Source: Mobula birostris
Taxonomy: Eukaryota
Assembly (NCBI RefSeq): GCF_030028105.1
Contig: NC_092379.1
Span: 30,339,715-30,403,714, forward strand
Direction of reading: 5' to 3'
Length of the DNA stretch: 64,000 nt
The notes below the pieces were generated by a model. That model was not told where the DNA came from and did no database searches. It saw only the letters and a program-made list of their open reading frames with translations. Positions 26,642 through 37,690 of this stretch are shown one piece after another. Position 1 is the stretch's first letter. The number at the start of each line of letters is the position of its first letter. Made by a program: the position numbers and the translations under genes.

Positions 26642-26936
26642 CGGATAGAGATCCGCGAGGAAGGGAACGGCAGATTGGGAACGGGGCTAACAGAATTAAG
26701 GGTGCACCCAAAGAAAAAAGTGAGCGCTTTTTGCGATAATTCGGACTAAGAATTCTGTTGGTTTTGGGGGGTCTCGGGGACTCAGAAGTGTGAAGCAACT
26801 GCAGAAAGGTCTCTCCGATCCAAAGAATCTGGCAGAATCGGGGATTAAAGGAGGCTCAGAGGATTAATCAAGAGCACGGCAGTGGGGGTAAGTACAAGTT
26901 AAGTAAGAAAATTCCACGTGGTGTTGGTAAGTCCCT

Positions 26937-27150
26937 GTGGATACCTCTTCGCACGGAAGGAAGGTCTGAACAGGCAGGGAAGGAGAACTAAAAATCCTCG
27001 TGAATACCGCCTTAAGAAGTGTAAGGGTCTGCATAGGCGAGGTGCAAATTAAAAATCCTCGTGAATACCGCCTTAAGAAGTGTAAGGGTCTGCATAGGCG
27101 AGATGTAAAAGGTTCTGTGGATACCGCCCTTAGTAGGGGTCTGCACGGGC
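26937..27150 (+). repeat. Tandem repeats in the ERV leader
   Basis: Two near-identical units with 61-bp period (starting 26990 and 27051), flanked by two degenerate units sharing GTG(G/A)ATACC...GGTCTG..GGC.G. Confidence 0.85.
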
Positions 27151-27313
27151 AGAACGTAGTAAGAGACAAAGATAGTTTGATAGAGAATTCAGACGCTGGT
27201 GAGATAAACCATAAGGCTAGGCATAGAAATAGAGTTAGAAAAATAGTACTATTAGGTAGGCAAGTAGTGAGATTCTAAAAATACCATAATAGAAAAAGGA
27301 AAAAGAGAGCAAC

Positions 27314-29230
27314 TTGACAGAGAAAGGAACAGCAGTAGAAATATTGAGCAGAAAATTCCCGGTGTGTCAAGGTAAGATCGCGGAAATTTTAGAAAAATTG
27401 GAAAAAAGAACTAAAGAACTGGTCACGAAATGGCCAAGAGAAGGAACGTTTGATGTAAGCTTATGTGAGGAAATGGAAGCGCTAATTAAAAATCACAAAC
27501 CCAAAGATAAATCTAAGAAAAGAGAAGGAAAAAGGGAGCAAGAAATGGAAGTGTTAAAACTCTTTAGGATGGAGGGAGAAAGATTAAGAAAGACGGGAGG
27601 TATATTAATGGTAAGTAAAAAAGTCACTGAGAAACGAAACAAGCAGGCTGATAAAGAAAAGGAAAAGCATAACAAGGAGCCAGCTTCGGCTCTATACCCA
27701 GAGCTGAAAGACGTAGAAAAACCTCCTCTCTATTACGAGAGAAAAACCCTTAAGCAGTGTCCGATGATAACATGAAGAGTGGATCTAAATGGAGAAATTA
27801 AAGTCTGGGATACCGAGGAGGAAAGAAAGAATCACGAAAAGCAGCAGGAGAAACGGGAAATAGAAGAAGAGATCAAAGGGTTACAGGAATTAAAAGCGAA
27901 AAGGGATGAAGAGAAATCTTTGTCACATGGACACGGAGCTGAGCAGGCTAGAGCAGGAGGAAACTTGTCGGGTGGGCAAGCGTTAGGTAGCGAAAGAGAG
28001 GGTGCCGGAGAATGTAGGCAGAGGATAGGAGCCAGGAGCCTTGAAGGGGAAAAAGAGAGAGTGAAAAGGCAGATATTAGAAACAGAGGGAGAGATTAGGG
28101 AATTACAGCAGCGACTGAATTTCCAACGAGAGTTTGAGGATTTCGCATGGGCCAAAGCAAATGCTAGCTCAAGGCAGAAAGAAAGAACTCCACGAGGAGG
28201 CCAAGGGAGAAAGGAAACCCCGGAAAGAATCATGTGGCAGCCAGTGAAAACGTGCTCAGAAACAGATGGGGAGTCAGGCGAGGAGGAGAGACAGGAGATG
28301 TGGGAAAGGAAAGGGAGAATGATGCCGTTGTTAGTAAAAGGATTGGGACAAGTACAGTATATTCCTTGGGGATCCCAGGACCTGGAAGGGCTGAAAAACA
28401 CCCTGCCCAGTCTACATGAGGGTGCAGGGAAATGAATTAGGGCATTTGAGGAAGAAACCACGGGACGAATGTTGGCTATGGGAGATTTGAAGGCGCTGCT
28501 GATAAGGCTGATGGGAACCTTCGGACTGCGAGAGCTGATGGAAGCGGCTGGTATACAGAATGCGGACAGCACACTGATTGACGGGGCCAGATTTGACACA
28601 GTGAGGCAGAGGGTATGGGGGCCCTCAGGGAGCTCTATCCACCCAAAATGGACCCCAAAGCCATGAAAGGGGATCCACTGGGAGACACTGAAAATCCAGT
28701 ATCCTACATAGAAAATCAGTTGAAAAGGTGGAGACAGGAAATTGAACAAGAGGTGGAAGGCAACCCGTTTATGACCTGGATGTTCCGAAGTGCTGTTTTG
28801 GATGCGATGCCTTCCCAGGTTAAGTCCAAACTTGAGGAAGTGGCCGGACTGATGTCAATGACCCCACAGGAACTCAGGGACCACGTAACCCATACGGTCG
28901 AAAAATATCGAAAAGACAAACGAAAGTTGACTGAGCAGCAAGAAGCAAAGAAAGCTGATACAAACGCAGCTTGAAGAACTTAAAAATAAGGAAAAAGGAA
29001 AAGGCAAGAAGATGCAGCCAGCAATGACCGATTTAAGCACAGCCGTTGAAATGAATGAAATGCCATTATATGGAGGGACCGGTCGTGCCGGAAGACAGAA
29101 TCCGGAAAACCCGATGCCAATAATAAACGTCTCTGGGGGAGCTTTTCCTGCAAATGCCCTATCAGGGACAGAATAAATTTAAACAGCAGCCCAGACAGGA
29201 CTGGAAATCCCAAGGAAGGGGACAGAGAGA
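27314..29230 (+). pseudogene. gag: ERV gag (matrix, late domains, capsid), disrupted
   Basis: KWPREGTFD, LYPEL and PPLY late-domain-like motifs, QYIPWGSQDLEGLK..LPSLHEGAGK*IRAFEE and LYPPKMDPK. In-frame TGA at 28433-28435 and several frameshifts. No CCHC knuckle seen. Confidence 0.88.
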
Positions 29231-31828
29231 TAACAGGCTAGATAGGTTAGCATCTATTCTGTGGTCACAACATGACACGGATGTAGGGAAAATAAGAACA
29301 ACTAGTCCGGTAGAAATAAAGCTGAAAAAGGGAGCATTTTCACCCAGGAGACCACAATATCCCCTGAAACCAGAGGCAGAAGAGGGAATAGCGCCAACGA
29401 TACAGGGGCTACTGGAGGCTGGAGTACTTAAGGACAGACAGCCCATGTAATACCCCGCTGTTACCTGTCCTTAAAACCGATAAATCTAAATGGAGACTGG
29501 TGCATGACTTGCGGGCGGTGAATGAGGTAATGGAGGACTGGCCAGCGGTAGTTCCCCACCCACACACGCTCTTGACTAATGTTCCACCAGAGGCAGACTA
29601 TTTTTCGGTGATTGATTTGTGTTCGGCTTTTTTCAGCGTTCCCCTGGCAGATCAGTGTCAGTACCTATTTGCATTTACATGCAGAAACAACCAGTATACT
29701 TACACTAGAATGCCTTAAGGATTTAAACATTCACCACACGTATTTAATCAAGTGTTAAAGGCGGACCTAGAGGGCATATCGTTGGAAAGTACATTGATAC
29801 AGTATGTGGATGATTTGTTGATTTGCTCCGAAAGTGAGGGACAGTGTGAAAAGGATACCATAACCCTTTTAGAGAGACTGCCGCATGGAGGGCATAAGGT
29901 ATCTAGAAAGAAGCTGCAATTTTGCAAGCAACAGGTAGAATACCTAGGTAGAGTGATATCCAAGGGAGTGAAGGCGATTGCGCCGGATCAAATTGAGGCT
30001 ATAACTAAAGCTCCCAAGCCCCAGACAGTGAGACAGATGATGACGTTTCTGGGACTGACAGGATATAGTTCAGATTGGATTGGGGAATATGCTGAAATTG
30101 TAACGCCACTAAGGAAAATAATGAAGGAAGCAGGACACAGAAGCTTGGGGAGTAATCTACAGTGTGGAAACAGAGAGGTTTTAAAAAGAGCAATGGAGTT
30201 CCCATACAGCACTGTCAGCAGATTTTAGATCTAATAAAAGCGCTGATGAAACCTAAAACACTGGCTATAGTAAAATGCCAGGCACATAAAAAAGGAAACG
30301 ATGCAGTAACAAAGGGAAATCAAGCTGCAGATGAAGCAGCCACGAAAGCGTCAGGGTGTACATCCGTTGTCAGAGCACCCCAGGTAAGTCTAGAGCCGGA
30401 ACCTATGGTAGAGGACCTAATTGAAATACAGGGAAAGGCAACTTTGGCAGAACAAACACTGTGGAGACGAGGGGGGGGGGGGCAAGCAAATCCCAGAAAG
30501 CCTATGAACCACGGAAGATGACCTACTGGTAGCTCCCACCCCTTTACTGACTATCCTGATCTCAGAAGCACATGGGATGGATCATTGTGCAAGGGGGGAA
30601 GTAATAAGAAAAATAAAAAAAGGATGGATTTTGGTCGCCTTATTTACAGGCTTCAGTAGACCATGTGTTGTCACAGTGCGAGGTATGGAATAATAATCGG
30701 AAAGGAATTACAACCCCAATAGGTCATATACCCGTACCTGAAGGACCATTTAAACACCTAGTGATTGACTATGTAGACATGATAAAAACAGTAAGAGGGA
30801 AAAGATACATGTTGATGGTAATCGACAGATTCAGCAGATGGGTAGAGCCAGTACCCTCGAAAGATCAAGTGGCAGGAACAGTGGTGAAATTCCTGACAAA
30901 CGAAGTGATCCCAAGGTTTGGGATACCGACAGAAATTAGCTCAGACAATGGTTCAGCTTTCATTCAAAAAGTGGTCAAGTTAGTTCTGCGAGCACTGAGA
31001 ATAAAGCAGAGATTTGGATGTGTGTATCACCCTCAGTCTCAGGGTATGGTGGAAAGAATTAACGGGACCTTAAAAACCAAACTAAACAAAATCTGTGCAG
31101 ATACTAAACTTAATTGGGTCGATGCACTACCATTAGAATTAATGAGTTACCGCATGCAGACGAATCGGATGACGTGTCTAACACCGCATGAAATGCTGAC
31201 CGGAAGGTCCATGCCAGTGCCCCGGTGGAGAGGACCATATAAAGGGCCTAGTTTGGAACAATTGGAATTGGAATTAAAACAATACATGCGGCAATTAACT
31301 ATCATACATAAGTCTATTTATGTACCGGAAAAACAGAAAGAGCCAGAGACTGATCAAGGGGAAGGACCAATCAAGCTAGGCGATCAGGTCTACGTGCGAG
31401 CGTTTCGAAGAAAGTGGAACGAACCCAGAAGGGAAGGGCCCTTTATAGTAACCAAAGTAACACCCACCGCAGTTCAAGTGGAAGGACGCTCCACCTGGTA
31501 TCATCTCAATCACTGCACTAGAGCAATCCCGCAGGTACAGTCAGGTGTGCCAACCGAGGTAAGTGGTGAAGAGGAACAAACAGTAGGGGGCAGGCAAGAG
31601 CAACAAGAATCTGACACTGAACCGCAGGAACTTGACCAAGTAATAAGGGAATTTTTTGGTCCTGAGGACAGGCCGGAAGATCCTAAGGATGCGGTTATGG
31701 ATGGTAGTACTCTTTCAGATAATGGGGACGACTTGGGGGCGACCAGTCCCCCCCCCACCCCCCGGGAGGATACACTCAGATACTGTTGTGCAGATTTGGA
31801 GACCATTAATTTGGCATTGGACTGTTAG
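29231..31828 (+). pseudogene. pol: ERV pol: RT (partial), RNase H C-terminal half and integrase; protease not found
   Basis: LWSQHDTDVG, HDLRAVN, IDLCSAFFS, RMP*G, QYVDDLL, IVKCQAH..GNQAAD, LVIDYVD / SSDNGSAF / HPQSQGMVERING. Integrase ORF 30665-31828 is open. Confidence 0.92.
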
Positions 31829-33394
31829 GATCCCACCAAACCTGAGAGAAAGGAGTAAGAGGAGCACAATGGTTACCTCCGTACCATGGTACCAGAACAT
31901 GTGGTACCAATGGGCAAATTATACAGCAGGAATAATGAAGAGACAGAATTGTTATCTATGCTCAAGGGCAAGTCCAGTGCAATATGTAGTCCTCATGCCC
32001 TACAACTCTTCCACCTGCACACAATGGCGAAAGGAGCGGAGGGGGCAGTGTGCGCAGCAGTGTCCAAGTATAGTCAAGACCTGCAGTATGGGAACTTGTA
32101 GCGGGATAGATCCTTGTTATCAGAAATGTATTGATAACACACCAATGTGCCCTTATTGGTGTATGTTATACCAGGCTTCGTCGCAGTATGATCAAAACAA
32201 GCTTGCCTCTAACTGTAATTACAGCAGACCGTGGGCTATGAAAAAAAGAAGCCAGACACCCACTTTGGGGAAGCTCAAAGTGCAGGAGCATTTGAGTTAT
32301 GAATGTTTCACACGGACGGGTGATCTCTTGGTTGGACATTTCAGTGGTAACTGTGCTGAGACTTGGGATGTAGCCCCAGGCCAGAGATACAAGACAGGTA
32401 CCCCTCCGCCCGATGGTGCACTGGATGCCCAGACCATCCCGTTAGCAGATACCTGGTGGCTCTGTGGGAAGGAGGGAGGTCTGAGATCCACGCTCCCCCT
32501 CGGTTGGGCAGGTACATGTACACGGGTTATGCTGATTCAAGAAGTTGTAGTATCCCCTGAAGTACAATTTGACGCTCCGAAGCAGCAGATACTGCGGCAG
32601 AAGAGGCGAAAATATGAACCTGATCCAACAATCCAAATCGACAGTATAGGACAGCCGAGAGGTATACCAAACGAGTTTAATGCAAGACATGAGATTGCTG
32701 CGGGCTGGGAAGCACTTATACCTATAATAGGGGTTAGTAAAATGTTGAATGGATAAATTATATATATATTATAATCAACAGAGATTCATTAACTACACTG
32801 ATGATGCACTAGAGGCCTTGGGGCAGCAGCTAGATGCAACCAGTAGAGTGGCGTGGCAGAATAGACAGGTACTAGACTGGCTATTGGCAGAGAAAGGAGG
32901 AGTTTGTGTAATGTTTGGGGAACAGTGCTGTACTTTTATACCAAATAACACTAGTCTGGAGGGATCGTTTACCAGAGCAATAAATGAACTGAAAAATAAA
33001 TCTAAGAAAGGAAGTTAAACAAAATGCAGGGTTTGGACACCAGTTCTTTGACTGGTTAAACAATAAACTAAGAGGATGGGGAGCATGGCTGACCAAGATT
33101 GCAGTAACCATCGGTATTGTATTCCTAAGCTGTGCGGTCATTCTGTGCTGTTTTCTTCCATGCCTCAAGTCGCTTGTAGTGCGTGCTGCAATGGAACCGT
33201 TTCCGATGCTCCTGGAAATTGCTGGCTCGAGCCCTATGGAGAAGGAGGCACCGATGATGTATTTGTACAGTCTACAAGACACACAAGACGAACAGGAGAG
33301 AGATGAAATATGTAGGGATAAGGCTGTGAAGGCTCCTGAGTCTTTTTTTCCTGTCTCAGATACGAAGGGATGGGTCTTTGGCTCAGCGGCCTAG
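31689..33394 (+). pseudogene. env: ERV env, gamma-type, with three small frameshifts
   Basis: Signal MRLWMVVLFQIMGTTWG, CYLC (CXXC), furin sites RSKR and RQKR, ISD-like QNRQVLDWLLAEKGGVC, CX6CC (CVMFGEQCC), TM IAVTIGIVFLSCAVILCCFL. Ends GWVFGSAA*. Confidence 0.92.
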
Positions 33395-33538
33395 GGAGGT
33401 AGAGAGAGAACACTGTGAGTCTTAAGCGCAGGAAACTATAGTTTAACCCAAATTTGGGAGTAAATGCGTGGCTTTATTTGAGCTTTTGTGCATAGACTCT
33501 CAGTCCTCTCTCTCTCTGTATGAGACCCTGTGGGTCTC

Positions 33539-33551
33539 AAAGGGCGGATTA
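33539..33551 (+). promoter_or_regulatory. Polypurine tract
   Basis: AAAGGGCGGATTA immediately 5' of the 3' LTR. Confidence 0.75.
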
Positions 33552-34147
33552 TATTGGAAAATGTAAACCCATACATTGTATTTTCTATGTATTACAGTAT
33601 TTACAATTTTAACTCAACAGTATTTCAGTATTTACTCAAATGCACACATTATATTTTCTATAGTTACTATGTAACCACTGCTAGCTGAATAGAGGGTATT
33701 CACTATGTAGCCATGACTTTTGACCTAATCACTATTAATTCATGAAGAGAACTAGAATGAAACCAAGTAGGAAGACAACGGTGGCGAGTAAGGTAATGAA
33801 ATATGTGGCAGTATGTCAAAACAAGACCAATTAAGAAATAACTGTGGTTAGGGATGAGGGGACACCTGGTCTAAAAAGTAAACTAGGACATAATTAAATT
33901 GGGGAGTAAAACAATAGTGGAAGCTCGAGAGCGGATGTATTGATGATATGTGATCACAGGCCGTCTGGATATGATAATGTAGCTAAGATAGGAGATTGCT
34001 ATAAAAAATGCTGTGTACAAGCCTCGATGGGCAGTCAGCTACTAGCTTTCTGATTGCCTCAGCTTTGATTTGCAAATTAAAGTTTAAAACGTCTTGAAAG
34101 ATTTTCTGCGTCTCCTTCTTGTTTGTAAGCAACGAGAAACCACGACA
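33552..34147 (+). repeat. 3' LTR (596 bp)
   Basis: Direct copy of 26025-26619, followed by the TSD CTGG. Confidence 0.97.
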
Positions 34148-35943
34148 CTGGGGGTTCATTGCAGTCCGATAAGTTGTCAATGGAACAGAGGAAATAGTGA
34201 TCCTAAGATGAATATTTTTGATCAAGAGGAGGGAGATATTGGCCAGAAAACTACAGCCTATGAATGGATAAATTCGAATGAATCAATGACCAGCTGTCTT
34301 TGTTCCTGCCATGTGTTTGGAGATTGAGGCTGCCATTTTGTGGAACTTTATATGTTCTCCATTTTGTGAGCTTAAGCTTCTTGATCAGTGTTTTAAAGAA
34401 TGAACATTAAGGCCTCGGGTGAACGGCTGATCTTGAGATAATGTACAAATAAGACGTTATTTGTGAGGCGTTCTTTGGTTGGATATAACATGCAGATTTT
34501 TGAATATTGTTCTGTATCTGGTCTGTGTCATTCAAGGTGATTGAAAACAAGAGCCATAAATGACCAATTGCCACTTGCCAGGAAGACGCAATATCATGGA
34601 CGCTGACCTGGAGCAGAGCTAATAAGGTGTTAAGGGTTAAAGGTCAGACGCATGACTTACAGCTAATGACGATGGTCTGCATTTTTGAATTGAAAAGAAA
34701 TGAATATAAACACAGACGCTTCGAGTTGTCTGGCAGCGGTAACTCAGTATGAGAACAATTATGGTGGCCCTTAGGTGCCCACGGCCATGTGGATATTCGA
34801 AACAGAAATACGAGGAACATGTGGCCAGCAGCAGAAACGCCTTTGTAACTGGGAATAGCTCTCTTGTGTTTTGACTGCCAATAGAAAGTCAAGAAGACTT
34901 AGTTGGTGTGCACATAAGGCATTTAGTGTATGAGTTCACGTACTTGATATTTTAGACAATAAAGGTACTTATCGGTAATTACATCTCTCTGTGCTCCTCT
35001 CTGATCGTTATTGCAATTCCTGCGACAGAATTGGCGTTCCTGTTGTGAGCTTGGCAGTAAATATTTCCGCTGAAGCAGTGGGAGACTTGATTCGGGCCAC
35101 GTGGTTGAGAAATAGCGAGATCTGGGGCTGGGTAATTTGTTAGCACAGACCCAGGTTGAAGATTTTAGGGAAGTCAGTAAGTTCGGACGACTGGGATTGT
35201 TTTGAGTGGAGAGGAACCGTACAGTAGTGTGTATTAGGGAAATGACCACAATATGGGGAGTATGCTGGACACACCAGCGGTAAAGGCAGTAAAGCTCTTT
35301 TCAAATTTGCCAGAGGGAAATTGCCAGAGAGGAAATTTACACAGCTACTGAAGCCAGTAGCAGCGGCCGGCCTCATGAGGATGTAAAAGGATATCGGCAA
35401 ATGTTGATGCCGAGCAAGATAAGTTAGACGACGGAAACAGAAGGCTCCGAAAGGAGTGAGAAACTCTGAAGGGAAATATTATAGCTTTACAGGGGCAGAG
35501 AAGTGTGGATTTGGTGCACATGAATCAATTTCAGCTGAAATGTGTAAAATTAGTTAATGAAATTGGGAGGGGTGATTTTTGCTCGTTGCCACTTACGCGC
35601 GGGAGGGAGGGGAGCTGGGGGCAACTTTGAGTTTCATTCTTTGGGGCACTTCTCTGTTTTGGTGAACGTTTGCGAAGAAATAGCAGCTATAGGGGTAATA
35701 CAGAAATCAATTTCCGAAAAGAGAAATAAGACTGGAGATCACACAAAGTGTAGTGCAACAAATGCAAACGCCGCAGAGCCAACTTGCTGCACAGATGAAT
35801 AATTTAAGTGCTTTCGGATCTAAAAGAGGGAATGAGACTAAATACTGAAATATAGATTGACATGTTTTAGCAGATAAGGCGACCAGATATTGCCATGAGG
35901 AGCTCCATCTGGGGACAATCAAAATGACGACAAGATTGACTCC

Positions 35944-37690
35944 AAACAACAGGAATTCTGCACATGCTGGAAATTCAAGCAACACACATCAAAGTTGCTG
36001 GTGAACGCAGCAGGCCAGGCAGCATCTGTAGGAAGAGGTGCAGTCAACGTTTCAGGCCGAGACCCTTCGTCAGAACTAACTGAAGGAAGAGTGAGTAAGG
36101 GATTTGAAAGTTGGAGGGGGAGGAGGAGCCAAGAGCTGGACAGGTGATTGGCAAAAGGGGATACGAGAAGATCATGGGACAGGAGGTCCGGGAAGAAAGA
36201 CAAGGGGGGGGGGGAGGACCCAGAGGATGGGCAAGAGGTATATTCAGAGGGACAGAGGGAGAAAAAGGACAGTGAGAGAAAGAATGTATGCATAAAAATA
36301 AGTAACAGATGGGGTACGAGGGGGAGGTGGGGCATAGCGGAAGTTAGAGAAGTCGATGTTCATGCCATCAGGTTGGAGGCTACCCAGACGGAATATAAGG
36401 TGTTGTTCCTCCAACCTGAGTGTGGCTTCATCTTTACAGTAGAGGAGGCCGTGGATAGACATGTCAGAATGGGAATGGGATGTGGAATTAAAATGTGTGG
36501 CCACTGGGAGATCCTGCTTTCTCTAGCGGACAGAGTGTAGATGTTCAGCAAAGCGGTCTCCCATTCTGCGTCGGGTCTCGCCAATATATAAAAGGCCACA
36601 TCGGGAGCACCGGACTCAGTATATCACCCCAGTCGACTCACAGGTGAAGTGTTGCCTCACTTGGAAGGACTGTTTGGGGCCCTGAATGGTGGTAAGGGAG
36701 GAAGTGTAAGAGCATGTGTAGCACTTGTTCCGCTTACAAGGATAAGTGCCAGGGGGGAGATCAGTGGGGAGGGATGTGGGGGACGAATGGACAAGGGAGT
36801 TGTGTAGGGAGCGATCTCTGCGGAATGCAGAGAGAGGGGGGGAGGGAAAGATGTGCTTAGTGGTGGGATCCTGTTGGAGGTGGCGGAAGTTACGGAGAAT
36901 AATATGTTGGACCCGAAGGCTGGTGGGGTGGTAGGTGACGACCAGGGGAACCCTATTCCTAGTGGGGTGGCGGGAGGATGGAGTGAGAGCAGATGTACGT
37001 GAAATGGGGGAGATGCGTTTAAGAGCAGATTTGATAGTGGAGGAAGGGAAGCCCCTTTCTTTAAAAAATGAAGACATCTCCCTCGTCCTAGAATGAAAAG
37101 CCTCATCCTGAGAGCAGATGCGGTGGAGACGGAGGAATTGCGAGAAGGGGATGGCGTTTTTGCAAGAGACAGGGTGAGAAGAGGAATAGTTCAGATAGCT
37201 GTGAGAGTCAGTAGGCTTATAGTAGACATCAGTGGATAAGCTGTCTCCAGAGACAGAGACAGAAAGATCTAGAAAGGGGAGGGAGGTGTCGGAAATGGAC
37301 CAGGTAAACTTGAGGGCAGGGTGAAAGTTGGAGGCAAAGTTAATAAAGTCAACGAGTTCTGCATGCGTGCAGGAAGCAGCGCCAATACAGTCGTCGATGT
37401 AGCGAAGGAAAAGTGGGGGACAGATACCAGAATAGGCACGGAACATGGATTGTTCCACAAAGCCAACAAAAAAGGCAGGCACAGCTAGGACCCATACGGA
37501 AACCCATGGCTACACCTTTAGTTTGGAAGAAGTGGGAGGAGCCAAAGGAGAAATTATTAAGAGTAAGGACTAATTCCGCTAGACGGAGCAGAGTGGTGGT
37601 AGAGGGGAACTGATTAGGTCTGGAATCTAAAAAGAAGCGTAGAGCTTTGAGACCTTCCTGATGGGGTATGGAAGTATATAAGGATATATA
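35944..37690 (-). mobile_element. Penelope-like element, 5'-truncated RT plus GIY-YIG endonuclease
   Basis: QTKGVAMG, LFLRYIDD, PFLD, VYYKPTDSH, GVIY*..C..C.LLYIGET..R...RF.EH, RLEEQHLIFRLGSLQPDGMNIDF. Flanked by 12-bp direct repeat AAGATTGACTCC (35932-35943 and 37691-37702). Confidence 0.95.

Larger units (their letters stand above)
26025..34147 (+). mobile_element. Endogenous retrovirus provirus (class I, fish epsilon/gamma-like), two LTRs, defective
   Basis: Direct LTRs 26025-26619 and 33552-34147. TSD CTGG at 26021-26024 and 34148-34151. PBS, gag, pol (YVDD, DDE), env and PPT are in canonical order. Length 8123 bp. Confidence 0.97.

Noticed and set aside
26937-27150. Regularly spaced repeats resembling a CRISPR array
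   Set aside because: The units are tandem with no unique spacers, lie in a retroviral leader in a vertebrate genome, and have no cas genes.
27832-28749. 305-aa minus-strand ORF antisense to gag
   Set aside because: Ser/Leu/Phe-rich mirror of purine-rich gag codons; no recognisable domain.
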